NCBI GenBank assembly: GCA_034780895.1
Contig: JAUZTB010000066.1
Location: forward strand, 13,585,387-13,649,386
Source of the DNA: Rhynchobatus australiae
Taxonomy: Eukaryota
Direction: 5' to 3'
DNA: 64,000 nucleotides
Of the stretch, positions 12,401 through 27,400 are shown piece by piece. Numbering within the stretch: position 1 is the first letter of the stretch; the number at the start of each line of letters is the position of its first letter. The position numbers were made by a program, and so were the translations under genes. Under the pieces are notes generated by a model. That model was not told the origin of the DNA. It saw only the letters and a program-made list of their open reading frames with translations, and did not search any database.

Positions 12401-15400
12401 ACTCGATCAAAATGTTTGAGGCAATGAGTAGTTAGAATATAGAAAAACTACAGCACAATTCAGGCCCTACNNNNNNNNNNNNNNNNNNNNNNNNNNNNNN
12501 NNNNNNNNNNNNNNNNNNNNNNNNNNNNNNNNNNNNNNNNNNNNNNNNNNNNNNNNNNNNNNNNNNNNNNTGTTGGCGCCGGAAGCGTGGCGACACTTGC
12601 GGGCTGCCCCCAGAACACTCTACGCAAAAGGTGCATTTCACTGTGTGACTATTAAAGATATTTTATCTTATCTTATAAGGGACATGGGCCAAACGCGGGC
12701 AAATGGGAATAACTTAGATGTGAATCATGGACCCTTTGGACTGAAGGGCCTGTTTCCATTGCCACTCTATGACTCTCCAATCTATCCCCTCATAACTTTG
12801 AGCAACTCAGTCTGGTCCCACCTCAGCCTACCCTGCTCCAAGGACACAAACCCAGCCTACTCAATCTCATCGCTAAAACACTCCATTCAGGTAACACCCT
12901 GGGGAATCGCCTCTGCACCCTCTCCAGCATGGTATCCCAGTTCCCAGCGATTAATTGATTAAACCCTTCTGCTGAATGAAATGTCACTTAACGGCTTTAA
13001 AAATAGCACAAGCTGCATCGCTGTTGTCAGCTGTGACTCAATGGCAACACTTGTGGCCACGAGTCAGAAAGACAGTGGGGTTAAATCCTATTCCGGAGGC
13101 TCCAATTCTAAATTGACGCCTCTATCGAACTCCACCCCCTCCGCCACCACTTACTTCCTAGTAACAACTCACTACCAATAAGATTTTCACAAATATAGAG
13201 GTTGTATAATGATAATTATATTTACTTGCTATGGAACAAATGATAATAATCTTTATTTATGTGTCAGATACAATTATAGGAAAATTGTAGGACAATTATA
13301 GGAAAAATATTTCCATACTTTTCTCAGGTTTGATATCATAGAAATGCACAGCACAGAAACAAGCTCCTTTGTCCCACCTCATCTGTGCTCACCGTGATGC
13401 CTATCCACGCTAACATTTGCCTACATTAGGCCTGTACCCCTCGACATCTTTCCCATCCAAATCCCTGCCCGAGTGCCTTTTAAGCATTGTAATTGTATCT
13501 GCCATCACCACTTCCTCTGGCAGCTCGTTCCAGATATTCACCATCCTCTGTGTAAAAAACTTGCCCCTCAGATCTCCTTTCAATTTCTCCCCTCTCACAT
13601 GAAACCTGCGCCCTCTAGTTACAAAATAGAACACAGAAAAACAACAGCACAATTCAGGCCCTACGGCTCACAAAGCTGTGCCGAACATGTCCCTAACTTA
13701 GAAATTACCAGACCTACCCACAGCCCTCTATTTTATTCAGCTCCATGTACCTATCTGACAGTCTCTTGTAGGACCCTATCGTATCCGCCTCCACCACCGT
13801 TGCCGGCAACCCATTCCACGCACTCACCACTCTCTGAGTAAAAAACTTTCCCCTGACATCTCCTCTATATCTCCTCCCCAGCACCTTAAACCTATGCCCT
13901 CTCGTGGCCACCATTTCAGCCCTGGGGAAAAGCCTCTGACTATCTACCTGATCAATACTTCTCATCATCTTATACACTTCTATCAGGTCTCCCCTCATCC
14001 TCCGTCTCTCCAAGGAGAAAAGGCAGAGTTCCCTCAACCTGCTTTCATAAGGCATGCTCCGCATTCTGGGCAGCATCCTCATAAATCTCCTCAGCACCCT
14101 ATGGCTTCCACATCTTTCCAGTAGTGAGGTGACCAGAACTGAGCACAATACTCCAAGTGGGGACTGACCAGGGACCTATATAGCTGCTACAATAAAATAG
14201 TTCAAAATAGTTCATATCAATTGTATGAAAAGAATACAAAAACTTCTATGACCAATGCAGATTTAAATGTGTATTAAAGACATTTGAGAAAAACCTGGCC
14301 TATTCCCGTAACTTGAAAAAGTAGTTACGCAAAATATGTGTACTAATACAAGAGTTTTTTTTGAACTCCTGCAGGACCAAACAGACTGAAAATTAAGTCA
14401 CAGCATGAACTATTTTATTATATCAACATAAAATCATTTAAGCTGCATTAGTTTACCCTTGTTTAACGCCTACATAAACAAATATGTGGAGTGCCAATAC
14501 TTCAGTGGTTAGAATATAAACAAAAACAGATGGCCATTCATTTCCTTAAATACTACTTTCCTGCACGAACCTCAAATATTTATTCACTTTTCAGATCTGG
14601 GCATCACTCGCATATGTTGATTCACTTAACATCTAAAAGTCTATTGATCTCTCTTGAATACACTAAGCCATTGCACCACTATGACAGACTTGGGTAGAGA
14701 ATTCCAAGGATTCATCACCTCTGCGTAAAAAAAAGTCTTCTCATCTTTTCCACAGTGGTCGACCCTTTATTTTGAGATGGTGAACTTCTGTTATAGATTC
14801 CACAACCAGATGAAACATTATCCTTGCATTTATCTTGTGAAACCTTGTAAATTTTGTATGTTTCAATAAAATCACCTCTCAATTTTCTAAATTTGGGATC
14901 ATAGGTTTAGTCAGTCTTTACGTCACAAGCCCACCAACCCTGGAATCAATCTTTTGACCCTTTACTGCACTCTGTCACAATTATAGCCTTTGTATGGTAG
15001 AAACTAACACCATCCAATGTAGTGAAAAAGTACTTCAAGATTTCATAAAACTTCTTGATCAATAATAATAAAAATTTAAATTCATGACAAGGAAATGATG
15101 AGGCTACAAAAATTATGAAGAAAATCACTTATTATATCAAGCCTCGACCCATAAATTCCATAAGGACACAACAGCCATATTTGTTTTACTACTTGATCAC
15201 CTATCATATTCTCCCAACAATCCAACTAAGTTTTTGTGTTTCAAGATCACACAGCAACATGAAACAGAGTGATTTTAGTGAGGTAATTTACACTGGAAAG
15301 GCATACATTTACACTGATTCGCTCAAACATGATCTTCTCTCAACTGTATGGTTGTGGAACAAGAGGAAATATTGAGAGACCTGTCACTTCAAAACAGCTG

Positions 15401-18400
15401 CATGAGCAAAGGTATCCAATGCTCATCCTACTGGAAAAAGCCAAACATAGAAAGCCACTTAAGACAGAACCAACATTAAAAATGTTACAATTGTTCCAAA
15501 ATAATTAAATATTTAAAAGACTCAAATTAAAGTGAAGTTGTCCATCAATTTCTGATTAAAAACCAAACTCCTAACCCCAGATTTTCACTGCTCACCTTAG
15601 CTCTGTTGTTTCTGGATGACGATGCGTTTCGGTGTAACTCAGCGTCTGTGTCCTCATCCGAAGCTACACTATCATAATCGTGCTGATCATCGCCAAAATC
15701 ACTGTCAGGACGGTCATTTTGGTTCCGTAGGAGATAATCTATAGTTTCTAAATGAAGAAAAAGTTTTGCTCGACATTACAAGTAATTTTACTTGTTTAAA
15801 GGAGTAAGATAATAACCACCTACAGGACGCAAACATGAAAAGTTGGCATCATTCTACCAAAAGTGCTGACCCAACACTACCCAGGGGGAGAATAAATCCA
15901 TCAGTATGCCCACTCCAGTCTTGTTCTTCCAAGCAACCCATTTACACACAGGTTGAACAAAATGTCAGTACACCACATCTGATGGATTGTCTTGGTGAGT
16001 CTTAAACATAGTGTGCAAGGCACTGATAGTTGCTCGCAGGCCTCTGAAGTGATTAAATGAAATATCTTAACAGGAGAAAAAACTAAGTCTGCCCAGAACT
16101 TACAGCTGTATTTAAACTAAACCACAGACATGTTAATGTAAAGCTTTTTTGCCAGAAAAAAAACATTTTCCCCACACAGGGATAACATGTAGTAATAACA
16201 TTTGAACAGTGTGCAAAAGAGCAAATGTTGGAAAAGAAAGCCATATTAAAATATTTAAATTACAAACACTATTACAAGTTGGCAAAAAGAATCAGAAACC
16301 AATGATATTGGATCAAGACCAATAAATCTGTTTTCACAGGCATTCAAAAGGTCTTTGGTTCATAATCATGCCATCCCATTTCTCTCAAAACCTTTGAATC
16401 TCAATAATTTTCAGGCTACAAAATTGAAGGAAGGCCAACATTTTGCAGTGGTCTGGAGGAAGAGCTATTTTCAGTACAACTATTTTCCTCAGCAGTTAAG
16501 AAATCTTCAAAAGCACATTTCTCCATTTTCTTTAAAGACAGACAGTATTAGCAACATCCTATTCTCAGGGTGTGATAAAGGTGTATTTATTCATATTTGC
16601 CTCAAGTGATGGACTGCCTTCCTGAACTCCGACAGTTCTCAAGCCGATGGTGCACCAAAATTGTATCAGGCGAAGCATTGCAGGATTTAGGTCCAGCAAA
16701 AGTGAAAGAGCAATGATATGAGTACTTAAGAACAGTGATAATGGGTACTTAAAAACAACTGAATTAACTTGGAGATGAATGGTAGGTCCTGTGGATTGCA
16801 CATATTTAAGTCCATGAGCTGGTGGTGGAGGGTTGACTTTTAAGACTAAAAAGTGGATGGGTGCCATTAAGCATACCATGTGGCCTGGATGATTTTATCT
16901 TTTGAGTGTTCTGCTGCATCTATTGAGATAATTTGAGAGCATTTCAGCACTCACTTGACTTAAGACATGTGCAGCAGCTTTTGAGGGCTCAAGGTAAAGT
17001 CTCAGTTCCGATTTGATAGTTAACCCTTTACCACTGGTTCTTTGTGACATAAATATACAAATTCACAGGATCTTTTGCAACACATAACTATCATTCTTTC
17101 AAATCATCTCAAAACCCTATTTCCAAGCCATGGCTTCTACTAAAGAACAAAAGCAGCAAAGACACAAGTAGCTTGTTCCTCTCCAAATTGCACCCTCTTC
17201 TTGGTTGGACATGTATCACTAGTCATGCACTTTCACTGGACTGAAATCATGGAATGCTCTTAACAGAGCATTATTGGAAACCTAGGCTCTTCTTTCGGAT
17301 CTATATCAATTTTCTGTTTAATGCCAACCAACTACCACCCAGCTTAACCAACTTCCAAGATGCTGAAGGTGAAGTATTTCCTCTTTAGAGAAGGATGGAT
17401 TATTGAGGATAACACCTGTCACGGCAGCAAGGTGGACATCACAAATTGCTCAATAAACTTCAGCTTTAGGAGAGTCAGCTGGAGAAGAGTGGAAAGGTGG
17501 CAAGTGCCTCTTGTGATGGGGAGAAGGAAACCCACAAATCAGGATTTCTTACTACACCTTTGCTTACTGACACAATGCATGAGGAGAAAACATTCATAAC
17601 AGGATGAGTAAAGCAGATTGTGCCAGACACCAAATTTCCTGGCTTGCACTTAAAACAGACATCAAACAGAACAGACTGAAGCAATGATATGTGTAGTCAT
17701 ATTAATATGTTTTTGGTCTTGCAGAATCTGTGAATTTTGCTGGTGTATTAAAAATGCTATGTTCTCTGAATGTTGATTGTGATACAATTAAGAACACTAG
17801 CCATTGCTTTATGGGGAGAATAGGATCATCATCAGGGTGCTTACACATGCTCCTATACATCTGATTTAAAGCCGAGCTTTCTATCGTCGAGCAAAATACC
17901 ATCCATTCATTCTGAGGTGGCAGCAAAAATTGAGTAGGACTGAGTGAGAATTAAAAGCCCTTAAATTGATAATTTTGCATTNNNNNNNNNNNNNNNNNNN
18001 NNNNNNNNNNNNNNNNNNNNNNNNNNNNNNNNNNNNNNNNNNNNNNNNNNNNNNNNNNNNNNNNNNNNNNNNNNNNNNNNNNNNNNNNNNNNNNNNNNNN
18101 NNNNNNNNNNNNNNNNNNNNNNNNNNNNNNNNNNNNNNNNNNNNNNNNNNNNNNNNNNNNNNNNNNNNNNNNNNNNNNNNNNNNNNNNNNNNNNNNNNNN
18201 NNNNNNNNNNNNNNNNNNNNNNNNNNNNNNNNNNNNNNNNNNNNNNNNNNNNNNNNNNNNNNNNNNNNNNNNNNNNNNNNNNNNNNNNNNNNNNNNNNNN
18301 NNNNNNNNNNNNNNNNNNNNNNNNNNNNNNNNNNNNNNNNNNNNNNNNNNNNNNNNNNNNNNNNNNNNNNNNNNNNNNNNNNNNNNNNNNNNNNNNNNNN

Positions 18401-21400
18401 NNNNNNNNCGTCGGACTACCTAGCGTCTTTCCATGCTGCCTTCTCTTTGCATCACTAAGAATGTCAATAATCAGGGTTGCAAACTCCCGGGCATTAAACC
18501 TAGCGAGTTTTTGTCGTCCCTAAAAAGAATAATGTTGAAAATTATGAATTTAATCAATGGTTAACTGCAAGGTTAACCTCAGAAGCTTTCTTCAGAAGCT
18601 TTCTTCCCTGCGAATGTTTTTTCTTGTCCCTTGTCTGGCCACAGTCTGCTGACCCACTTTCAAATAGTTTTTAAACCACACAGCCAAAGGAACCAATGAT
18701 CACAGGGATCACTTGAACTCAGCTGGGGAAATATGCAAGGCGTGCCAACAACTGAACCAATCAAAAGCCACTGAACTTTGAGATTTCAAAGCAGGGAAAA
18801 AAATATTAAAAATTCGACAGAGACCACAAAACATGCCAAGGAATAAACTGCTCATTGTTAAAAATATCAGACTTTCCCTCATTTACAGTATACTAGCATA
18901 AACAGGGATGCAGTCTGAAAGGGGTATGCAGAGCCACTTTAATCCTTTACAGGTTTTGCCGACCTGCTGCTTTTCATTATGTTAATTCAGATCAAAACAG
19001 CAATGAGGCTGTTTTTCTCCTTGCATCATTTAAAAAAAATGACCTCAGTTTTAAAACATTTTTGCAGATAAAAATCATTCTAATGCAATGGCATTTAGTA
19101 CAATGAACTGCACAGAAGCATGTAAATAAATGCAGAATCTGGTAGGAAAGTTGTTTAAAAGATTGAGCACGCACATGCACACACGCACGTCAATAGGCAA
19201 GTAGGAGTACCAATCCTAACCCAATGCAGTCAAATATGTTCATGACTGACAAATCTTAGAGCTGGAGGGGATAATATTCCAGTGCTATCATTTTACTGCA
19301 GCTACCAAGCTCTGACAGGGACAGTGCTCAGCTGACAATTCTAGCTTCTGTTGCCAGCTGATCTCACATGGACTTCAACAATGAGGAGCTGTGAGCAAGC
19401 TTGAACACACCATCCAAGCAAACTAAAATCCACTATCAAGGGCATGGAAAGGAGTACCATTAAAATATTTATAATTGTGTACAAAGTGGCATGGATCATT
19501 ATAATTTGAGTTACAGTTATACAGTGCAATAAAAAATCAATTTTTTCTTCATTTTGGGATCACAATTTTCATTCTTGTGTACTCGGGAGGTGGCAGTTTT
19601 TGAAATCTGAAGTTGCATGACCACTTTCAGATGGTGATCAGCTGGAACCACTCTGGTTTAGCAACATACTTGAGTGGAAACTTTAATGTACAAAAATCCT
19701 CTTATATGCTACCTTGAGAAATAATCAGAAAATATTGGGCAATGAGGTAGAAACAGTGCAAGAAATGACCAGAAGTATCGAGAAGGTGGATTCTAAGATG
19801 AGTGTCGGAGGAAGCAGCAAGAGAAATACGGAGACAGAATGACTTAAGGAACAAAATTTTGGAAATTCTGGAGCCTGCTTAGTTGAAGGCATGACCAAAT
19901 ATAGCATGGGGTCAGTGAGAACAAGAGTAAGGGGGACACAGTATTCGACATGGTACATAATATGGACAGCAGGAATTGATTACAAATGAAGGATGAGTTT
20001 AGATTTACACAGGGAGACTGCTGAGAGAGCATGGGATTGAAATGTCTGGAGGTGAGGAAGTCATGAATGGTGTTGCAGCAGAAAGGTTGGGATAGAGACA
20101 GAGGCTTGTGATAAGACAGATAGGATTAGGCATCATTGGGATGGACAGGATTTGGGGTCATTGGTGCAATATGGGCTAAGAACATCCAGAATGTCAGCTG
20201 AGTCAGCAGGAGATAATGACCATGGATAGGGTTGGAATTGTTTGTGAAAACTTGGATTTGCGACTGATGTCTTAAAAAAAATGCTGACCAGTTTAACATT
20301 CGTAACTAGGTTAATGAAGCAAATTTTACGAGCGAGAGAGAGAGCTGGTGCCATCAGATGGTGAATGTTTTGAATACCAGGTATTGTTGGCAATACTCTG
20401 GCAATGAACTAAAAGAGAAGTGTTCCTGGAATGGAAAGAAGCTGAAATAGGAAGGTGAGAGACGGTGTAGTTAACCAAGTGGAGAAGCATATTACATTAT
20501 GCACCATAAATCACCTTTGCAGAAAATGTAATATGCTACTTTATGGTCAGCATCAGGATTTCAGATATCCTTGTGACATAGGAGGCCATTCACTCCCTTC
20601 ACTCTATGCTGGCTCTGGGAGCAATTCATCAATTCCATTCTCCTGCTAATAACCAACACATCTATGGAATATGGGAGGAAACTAGAGCACCAGGGGAAAT
20701 CTGTGTAGTCACAAGGAGAATGTGCAAATGCCATACAGACAGCAACGAGGTCAAATTCAAACCCTGCCTAATGGAGCTGCAAGACAACCGCAATACCTGA
20801 AGCTCCTCTGTGCTACCTGTATCATTACTGTTGAAATGGACTGGAGAGATTCAAACACTGATGCAATTTTGGGAGACACCAACAAAATTTAACATTGAAG
20901 AAAGGCTAATGTGTAAAGTAATGAGAGTTTTTTTTTGAAGAGGGTGATAATTGTGATTTTGAAAGGATGTGGGGAGGGAAGGAACACTTTAAGGTGAGGT
21001 ACAATTTACATCATTCATTAGCATGGGAGTCTGAGAAGAGAAGTTATGAGTCTACTAATTCACAGGAATGTGGTCAAAGCCTACTGGATCATATTGGAGA
21101 GGCAAACAGGGCAGTTTCATTCAAGACATAATGAAGGAATGTGATGGGTAAGACAAAGTTTAAAAATAAACCAAAATTAGAATGGTTTCACCTGATTGCA
21201 TTTACCCTGTAATCTTGGATAAATGTAGTGAATCACCCAGTTAGCCATTGATCTCCATTTTATACCTTGTAGCATCTATTTAAAAGACTTGAACCAATCT
21301 GGAATTCTATTATTTTAAGGAAACAGATGTATGCAAAAAAAGACCTGGAGGTGCTGTTATTGCTTTTCTCTCTCCTGAACCTAATCTGTTCATCAGATCT

Positions 21401-24400
21401 CATTAAAATAGGCCGGTGGTTATTCACTACAGAAAGTTGAACATTTGAAATTTCTGTTGACAACTGTTTTTGTATTCACTATTAATTAAAATTTTCTCTC
21501 ATCAATAAGATGCCATAAAACTAAACAGCTGATATTTGTTAAAAATACATTAAGAACCATGCTTCATCAGACTTTATTTTCAGAGGACTTAATTCTTTTT
21601 TAGTCATAGCATTTGGATGCTAAAATGAAATACTTTGTCAAAAATCATTTTTGGAATCATAGAAAAAAAATGTTCATTTTGACAGCTATAAAGTCACTCA
21701 ATATGCCAAGGATTGAAGAAAAATAATGAAAATAATGAAAGCATAAAACTGGAAGAAGAGTATTAGAGATTCATAAGAACTTGCTTTTCAAAAGCACTGA
21801 TTTATAACTTTCATTTTGAAGCTAATTATGAGCAGGATTTAGAAAAAAACTACTGCGTTTGATGCACTTCACTGTTTATCCCTGCAAGATGCTGCAACTT
21901 CCATTGAGAAATCACTTCCTGAGAGTCATTTATAAATGTTTAATCTTCACTAGCATTTTATTTGGAAGGAAGGATAATTTTGGAGGAAGGCATTCAGGTG
22001 AGAAACGTTAAACTGATACACTGTGCTGTCAATAACAATACACTTAAATACCTAACAGACCAACTATGGTACCTTCTCCTCAGACCACATCCACATCAAC
22101 ACCTCACTCCAATGGATAAATGCTGAGTGGGTTATTTACCTACTCAAAGCCATCTCTAATGTTCTCAGAGATACTGTTATACATCCTACTCCAAAATAAT
22201 CACTTCCATTAAGGCTGTGAATTTGTTTAATGCACAGGCATGGCACTTCCAATGGCTGGATGAGATAGTGGTTCTTATATGAAGAAAACAACTTCCATTG
22301 ATATTTTCAACTTCTGAATAGTGTTTTTATCTTCTTTGAAGGATACAGCGTATCATATTGCTGCACTGCTCAACAGACAGTTGAGGCCCCCAAGCAAACA
22401 TTTATCCTTCATAGGTAAGCACTTGCCCATTTGATCAGGGTGGGTTGCCTTAGCTGGACAGTTTTTGTAATAGGCACCAAAACAACTGGAGACAACTGGA
22501 TTTTCATCTCAGCCTACTTCCTAACTTTGGTTTACTGAGGCTACTTCTGCATGACCAAATGAAATCAAACCCATGATCTTGCTCTAAATATCTAAGCTAC
22601 TGGTGTATTTATCCATGAAGCCAGTTAAATTCCATAGGCTGATGGATTTATTACAAATTGGCAGCAGTAGTGTTTGTGACCAGTGCTTACGTGAGTGACA
22701 AATTGCAATTAATCCATCACATATGAATTACCATGAATGAGTTGTCTTTCCACACTTCCCTTGCTTACACGTGAACTAAACAGAAAAATTGTGGAGCAGT
22801 CAGTAAGACTCAGCCACTTCAAAAAAAGGATTTTAAGCAATGATAACAGCTACAATGCATAATTGATATTTACATAATGTCCCATCACTCTCCCTGAGAA
22901 ATGAGGTCTGTTAGAGTCTTAACTCTCACCATCCATCCAAAGTTCCTGATTTTTTCCATCCACTCAAAATGCATTGAAGATGAGAAACTTGGAGCAGAAG
23001 ATGTTACAATAACTAAGGTAACTACTTTTGGTCTTTAACCACTCACTCAATCTCTTTTAGAATTCTTTTACATGGAAGTGAAATACAAACATGCCCTTAT
23101 ACACTTGTAGGATTTGCATTTCTTCTGAGAATTAGATTGCCCAAGTTTTGCTTTAAGTGTCCCTGAGCCAAGTCTTTTTTTTGGAAGGATAATCAAGTTC
23201 AAATATCTGCATAGTTTTGCAGTTATGTGGCAACTGAGGAGACAAGACCTCATGCTTTGAATTTTTGTGGCAAAGGCAAGCAGGCTGTGAATCTGATGAA
23301 ACATTAATAATTTGTTTCAGTGCATCTGCAGAAACAAAGATCAAACACACATTTTCTCATAACCTCCTTCCTGCTAAGAATTTAGTACATATAAATACCA
23401 GTATAACTTGCACGTTTATGTAAAAATACCAGACAGATGGATGTCAAACTTAGTGAACAGCTAAAAATTACAGCTTCACAGCACATAGACTTGAGGTAAA
23501 TACGATGGGGAAAAATAAAGACACAGATGGATAATAGGTTTCAACTTCACCACTGAAACTACCTTGACATACAAAGATTAAGAACATTTTCACTAATAAA
23601 GTTTATAACAACTACAACCTAATGATAGTGGCCATTGATCACCTGTAATACAAGCCTGTGCAGTCAGGAAAGTGTCACTACCACCCTCTGTTACTTTAGG
23701 AAAGATAAGTAGCAGGAAAGGTGCTCAGCCAAGATGAATTTAATCTGAAGGTGGTGAGCTGGCTGTCAAGGTTGCTGCAATTATGTGGCTTTACTCCAGG
23801 ACATTTAAATACACAAATATTACAGTTTTTTTTTGGGGGGGGGGAATTCAATTCCAAATGATCACTTTTACTGTGAGAATGTGCTACAAGAATGACTGTT
23901 TGTGAGTAATGTCCAAGCTATAATCTTCCTTTAGTGTAGATTCATTCTTTGTTCCAATGTCTACCTTGTATTCTAGCATACACTATTTTTAACAAACAAT
24001 AAAACACTTACGTTCATTAAGTAGGGAAAATACAAGCAAAAACACAGTTAAATGAAGACCATGTATTTCAACATACCTGGTTCCTAGTTGCAGAATATTC
24101 AGGATTAACTGGAAGAAAGGGTACAGCACTACGCTCGGTCACTAAAGTGCTATGGTTCTGGGTGGTCAGCCACACTGTAAATGCACCAAGAAATGTGTTA
24201 GTGAGCATGACATTATAAATAATATTTTGAAAGCTCCTGTGAATAATGTGGACTTAAACAGTTTACCAGAGAAAAATGATATCTGGGCAATTCAGGCTTC
24301 CAATGGTGTACATTAAGTTACTCAGACAATATAGCCTGTCTGAGGGGGTCATTTAGATGTTAACTTTACGACTTAGGATTTTTTAAAAATAACATGACAA

Positions 24401-27400
24401 TAGAACAAGAGGTGTTTTTGGTCCAACACAAACAAGCATGCATGTTTTATTTAACTTGAAGAGGTTGCTGTAGGCTGGTGCTTGTTAGGATTGTATTAGG
24501 TCAACAGTATAATAAATGCAGTTGACTGCAAGGACTGGAATACAGACTCACTTATTCCAGTTTTGATACCAGGCCTGCTGGTGGGGTGATACAGTGATTC
24601 ACTGGAGAGGAAAACATGTTGATAGGATAATTGACCATATGCAAAACATTCCGATCCCTTCAACACTGTTAGCATCCTCTGGTGGTTAAAAATACACACT
24701 GCATCAAGTCAATTTATTCCATAATGACTATAAACAGGACCCACAAAAAATATTCTTTGTGAATAGTAGCCTGTAGCTCGGTTATTTGTCTTTCCTGCAG
24801 CAAATGTGAGTTATTGCTGCTGAAATAAATCTTCAATGTTGCAGTCCAGCTATGAAAACCCATCTGAATCTGTAAAAAGCTATCCGCAATAAAGCAGTGC
24901 TAATTAATCTTTTCATAAAGATTCCACTGCAGCAATCTAAAAATTGGATTTTTTCTACTTCCTTAAAGATCTGTACAGGTCCACTTTATACCTAGAAGTA
25001 TTTAATGAAAAGACGTCACATGAATAGAATTTAATGATTTTTCTTCTTGCATTTTAAATAATGGTACATTAATACAAACTTTAATTTTGATTAAAATTAT
25101 GAAATCTTTAAAAGATGTACATTGGCCAGTTCNNNNNNNNNNNNNNNNNNNNNNNNNNNNNNNNNNNNNNNNNNNNNNNNNNNNNNNNNNNNNNNNNNNN
25201 NNNNNNNNNNNNNNNNNNNNNNNNNNNNNNNNCCAGTTCTGAAGGAGTCATCTTTCCTTAATCTTCAGAGATGTTTCCTTCTAAATATGTGTCACTCCTA
25301 CTCCGTATTATGGAAGCCAATTTTATTACAGTTCTGCTTTGTCCTAATGATAATTGAAATTGTTTCTCCTAATCCTTCCGTAACACTCTACTGATGAACA
25401 TTTTAAATTTACGTACTCTTAATTACTTCATATTAGTGTCAAATATATTGCAATTGTGCTAATAATTTTTAAATAATGTTTTTGCAATTGCCTCAGAATA
25501 GGTGAATTCACAATTATGAAATAGTTATCTAGTTGAAAACTTTAGAATGTTTTGGCTCTATGAAAATTGCCTTTGATAACATGCCACTCCTTGCGCCACT
25601 CACTAGTACATCATTTAGCACTCAGGAATGAGCACATTAATTGAATCAGCTCTAAAAATTGATATCATCTTCTGTGCTCTCACTGGTCAAATACCAATGA
25701 CTTATGCATTGCCACTGGCCGAGCAAATGTGAAAAATGGCTGAATTTGGCAATCTGTCTGAATGCATTTAGGAAGCTTATAAACTGGCAAGTTTTAACAA
25801 CATTTATATGTTTTTAGTAAAAATATTTTTCTCCCAAGCAGAGAACACCTTAACAAATCAGTGTGCTGCAGGGTAGCACTAAGCAGGGCACGTGTTTAAG
25901 AGAAAAGACAAGCAGCCTATACACTTTAATGCTTTGGTGCAATGTGATGCTTTAGTATTTTAGTGCAATATGACTTATTTTAAATTTCACTCAATGCAAT
26001 TTCTCTCATAATGCAACTCAACATACTCTTCTAGAGGCAGTCTAAATTTGGAAAAAATAACAAACTGCAGAATTTAGTTTGAGGCCTAAAGATATTCCAC
26101 ATGGAATGGAGATATAACAACTAGAATAATATCAAATAATATACATTTTTATAATTGTATCAGTCTTTAAATTAGTGCAGCACATGATCAGGTCTGAAGC
26201 AAAACTTACTGCAATCCTAACTTTCTAATTCACAACACTGAATAATAATGCGACGTAGTTTACGGTTCCTATATAGGGAACCATAAAAATGATTTACAAT
26301 ATAGAAAGACTCAGAATTTCATTAATCTTGCTAATATTTTTAAAACATTTCTTCAGAATCCAGAACAGTTCTCTCATTTTCATATTTTTTAAAAACCGCA
26401 GCACTATTACTTTCTAACAAATTGTTATTTACAACTAATTAGCATTTCATTATCATTACCTGTGCAGGAGCTTTAAAATAAATATGGTGAGCACACTTTA
26501 ATTACTGATAAATAGGCTATGTTGAAATACTGAGTAATCTGTCATGAGGGGAATGGTCTCAATTAATATACACAATGTGACAGACAAATTCTAGAGCTAA
26601 AAGCACAATTTTATTTTCTCATATTAGTAGGCTCAGTCATCTCTCCCAAACGAGCTTCCTTTGGATGGTCATTCCATATTTAAAAAAGATGTTTAGGAAT
26701 GGANNNNNNNNNNNNNNNNNNNNNNNNNNNNNNNNNNNNNNNNNNNNNNNNNNNNNNNNNNNNNNNNNNNNNNNNNNNNNNNNNNNNNNNNNNNNNNNNN
26801 NNNTTGTTCCTCCACACTCCTCAGTGCCCTACCATTTACTGTGTATGTCCTACCTTGATTTGTCCTTCCAAAATGCAACAACTCACACTTCAAAAGTTTT
26901 TGTTTGGAGAGAGATGAGAATGTAGTGTACAAGAAGTTTCTGTGGTGTATATTACATGTAATCTTATGAACCATACAGAGGCAAGAACTATTTTTCCTTT
27001 TCATTTGTATAGCACTCTTCTCAAGAATTGTTTTGAAAATTCAGTGAAAAAAATGTGCTTGGGGAATATGAAAAAAATATGATTTCAAGAAAATTGATTA
27101 GATTGATTTCTGAGTGCTGCTTATAAATGGCTGTTAATTGAGGTCCATTATTTAAACTGTAATAACCTAAAAAGCTTTTCAATGCTTAAATGCTAGTAGA
27201 TATTGTCTTTATGCCAAATATCTGTTGTATTTTTGCTCAGTACAGATCTGCTGTCGGTTGGATATCATGATTTGTGACATTACCACGAGTTGAAAATTAA
27301 TGTTTATCCTGCATTCTCCATTATCTTAATGTTAAAGTAGAAGGCCTAGAAATTCGATTGAGCGAGTTATTAATCTCAGCTATTAAAATTAGTGGAAGAT

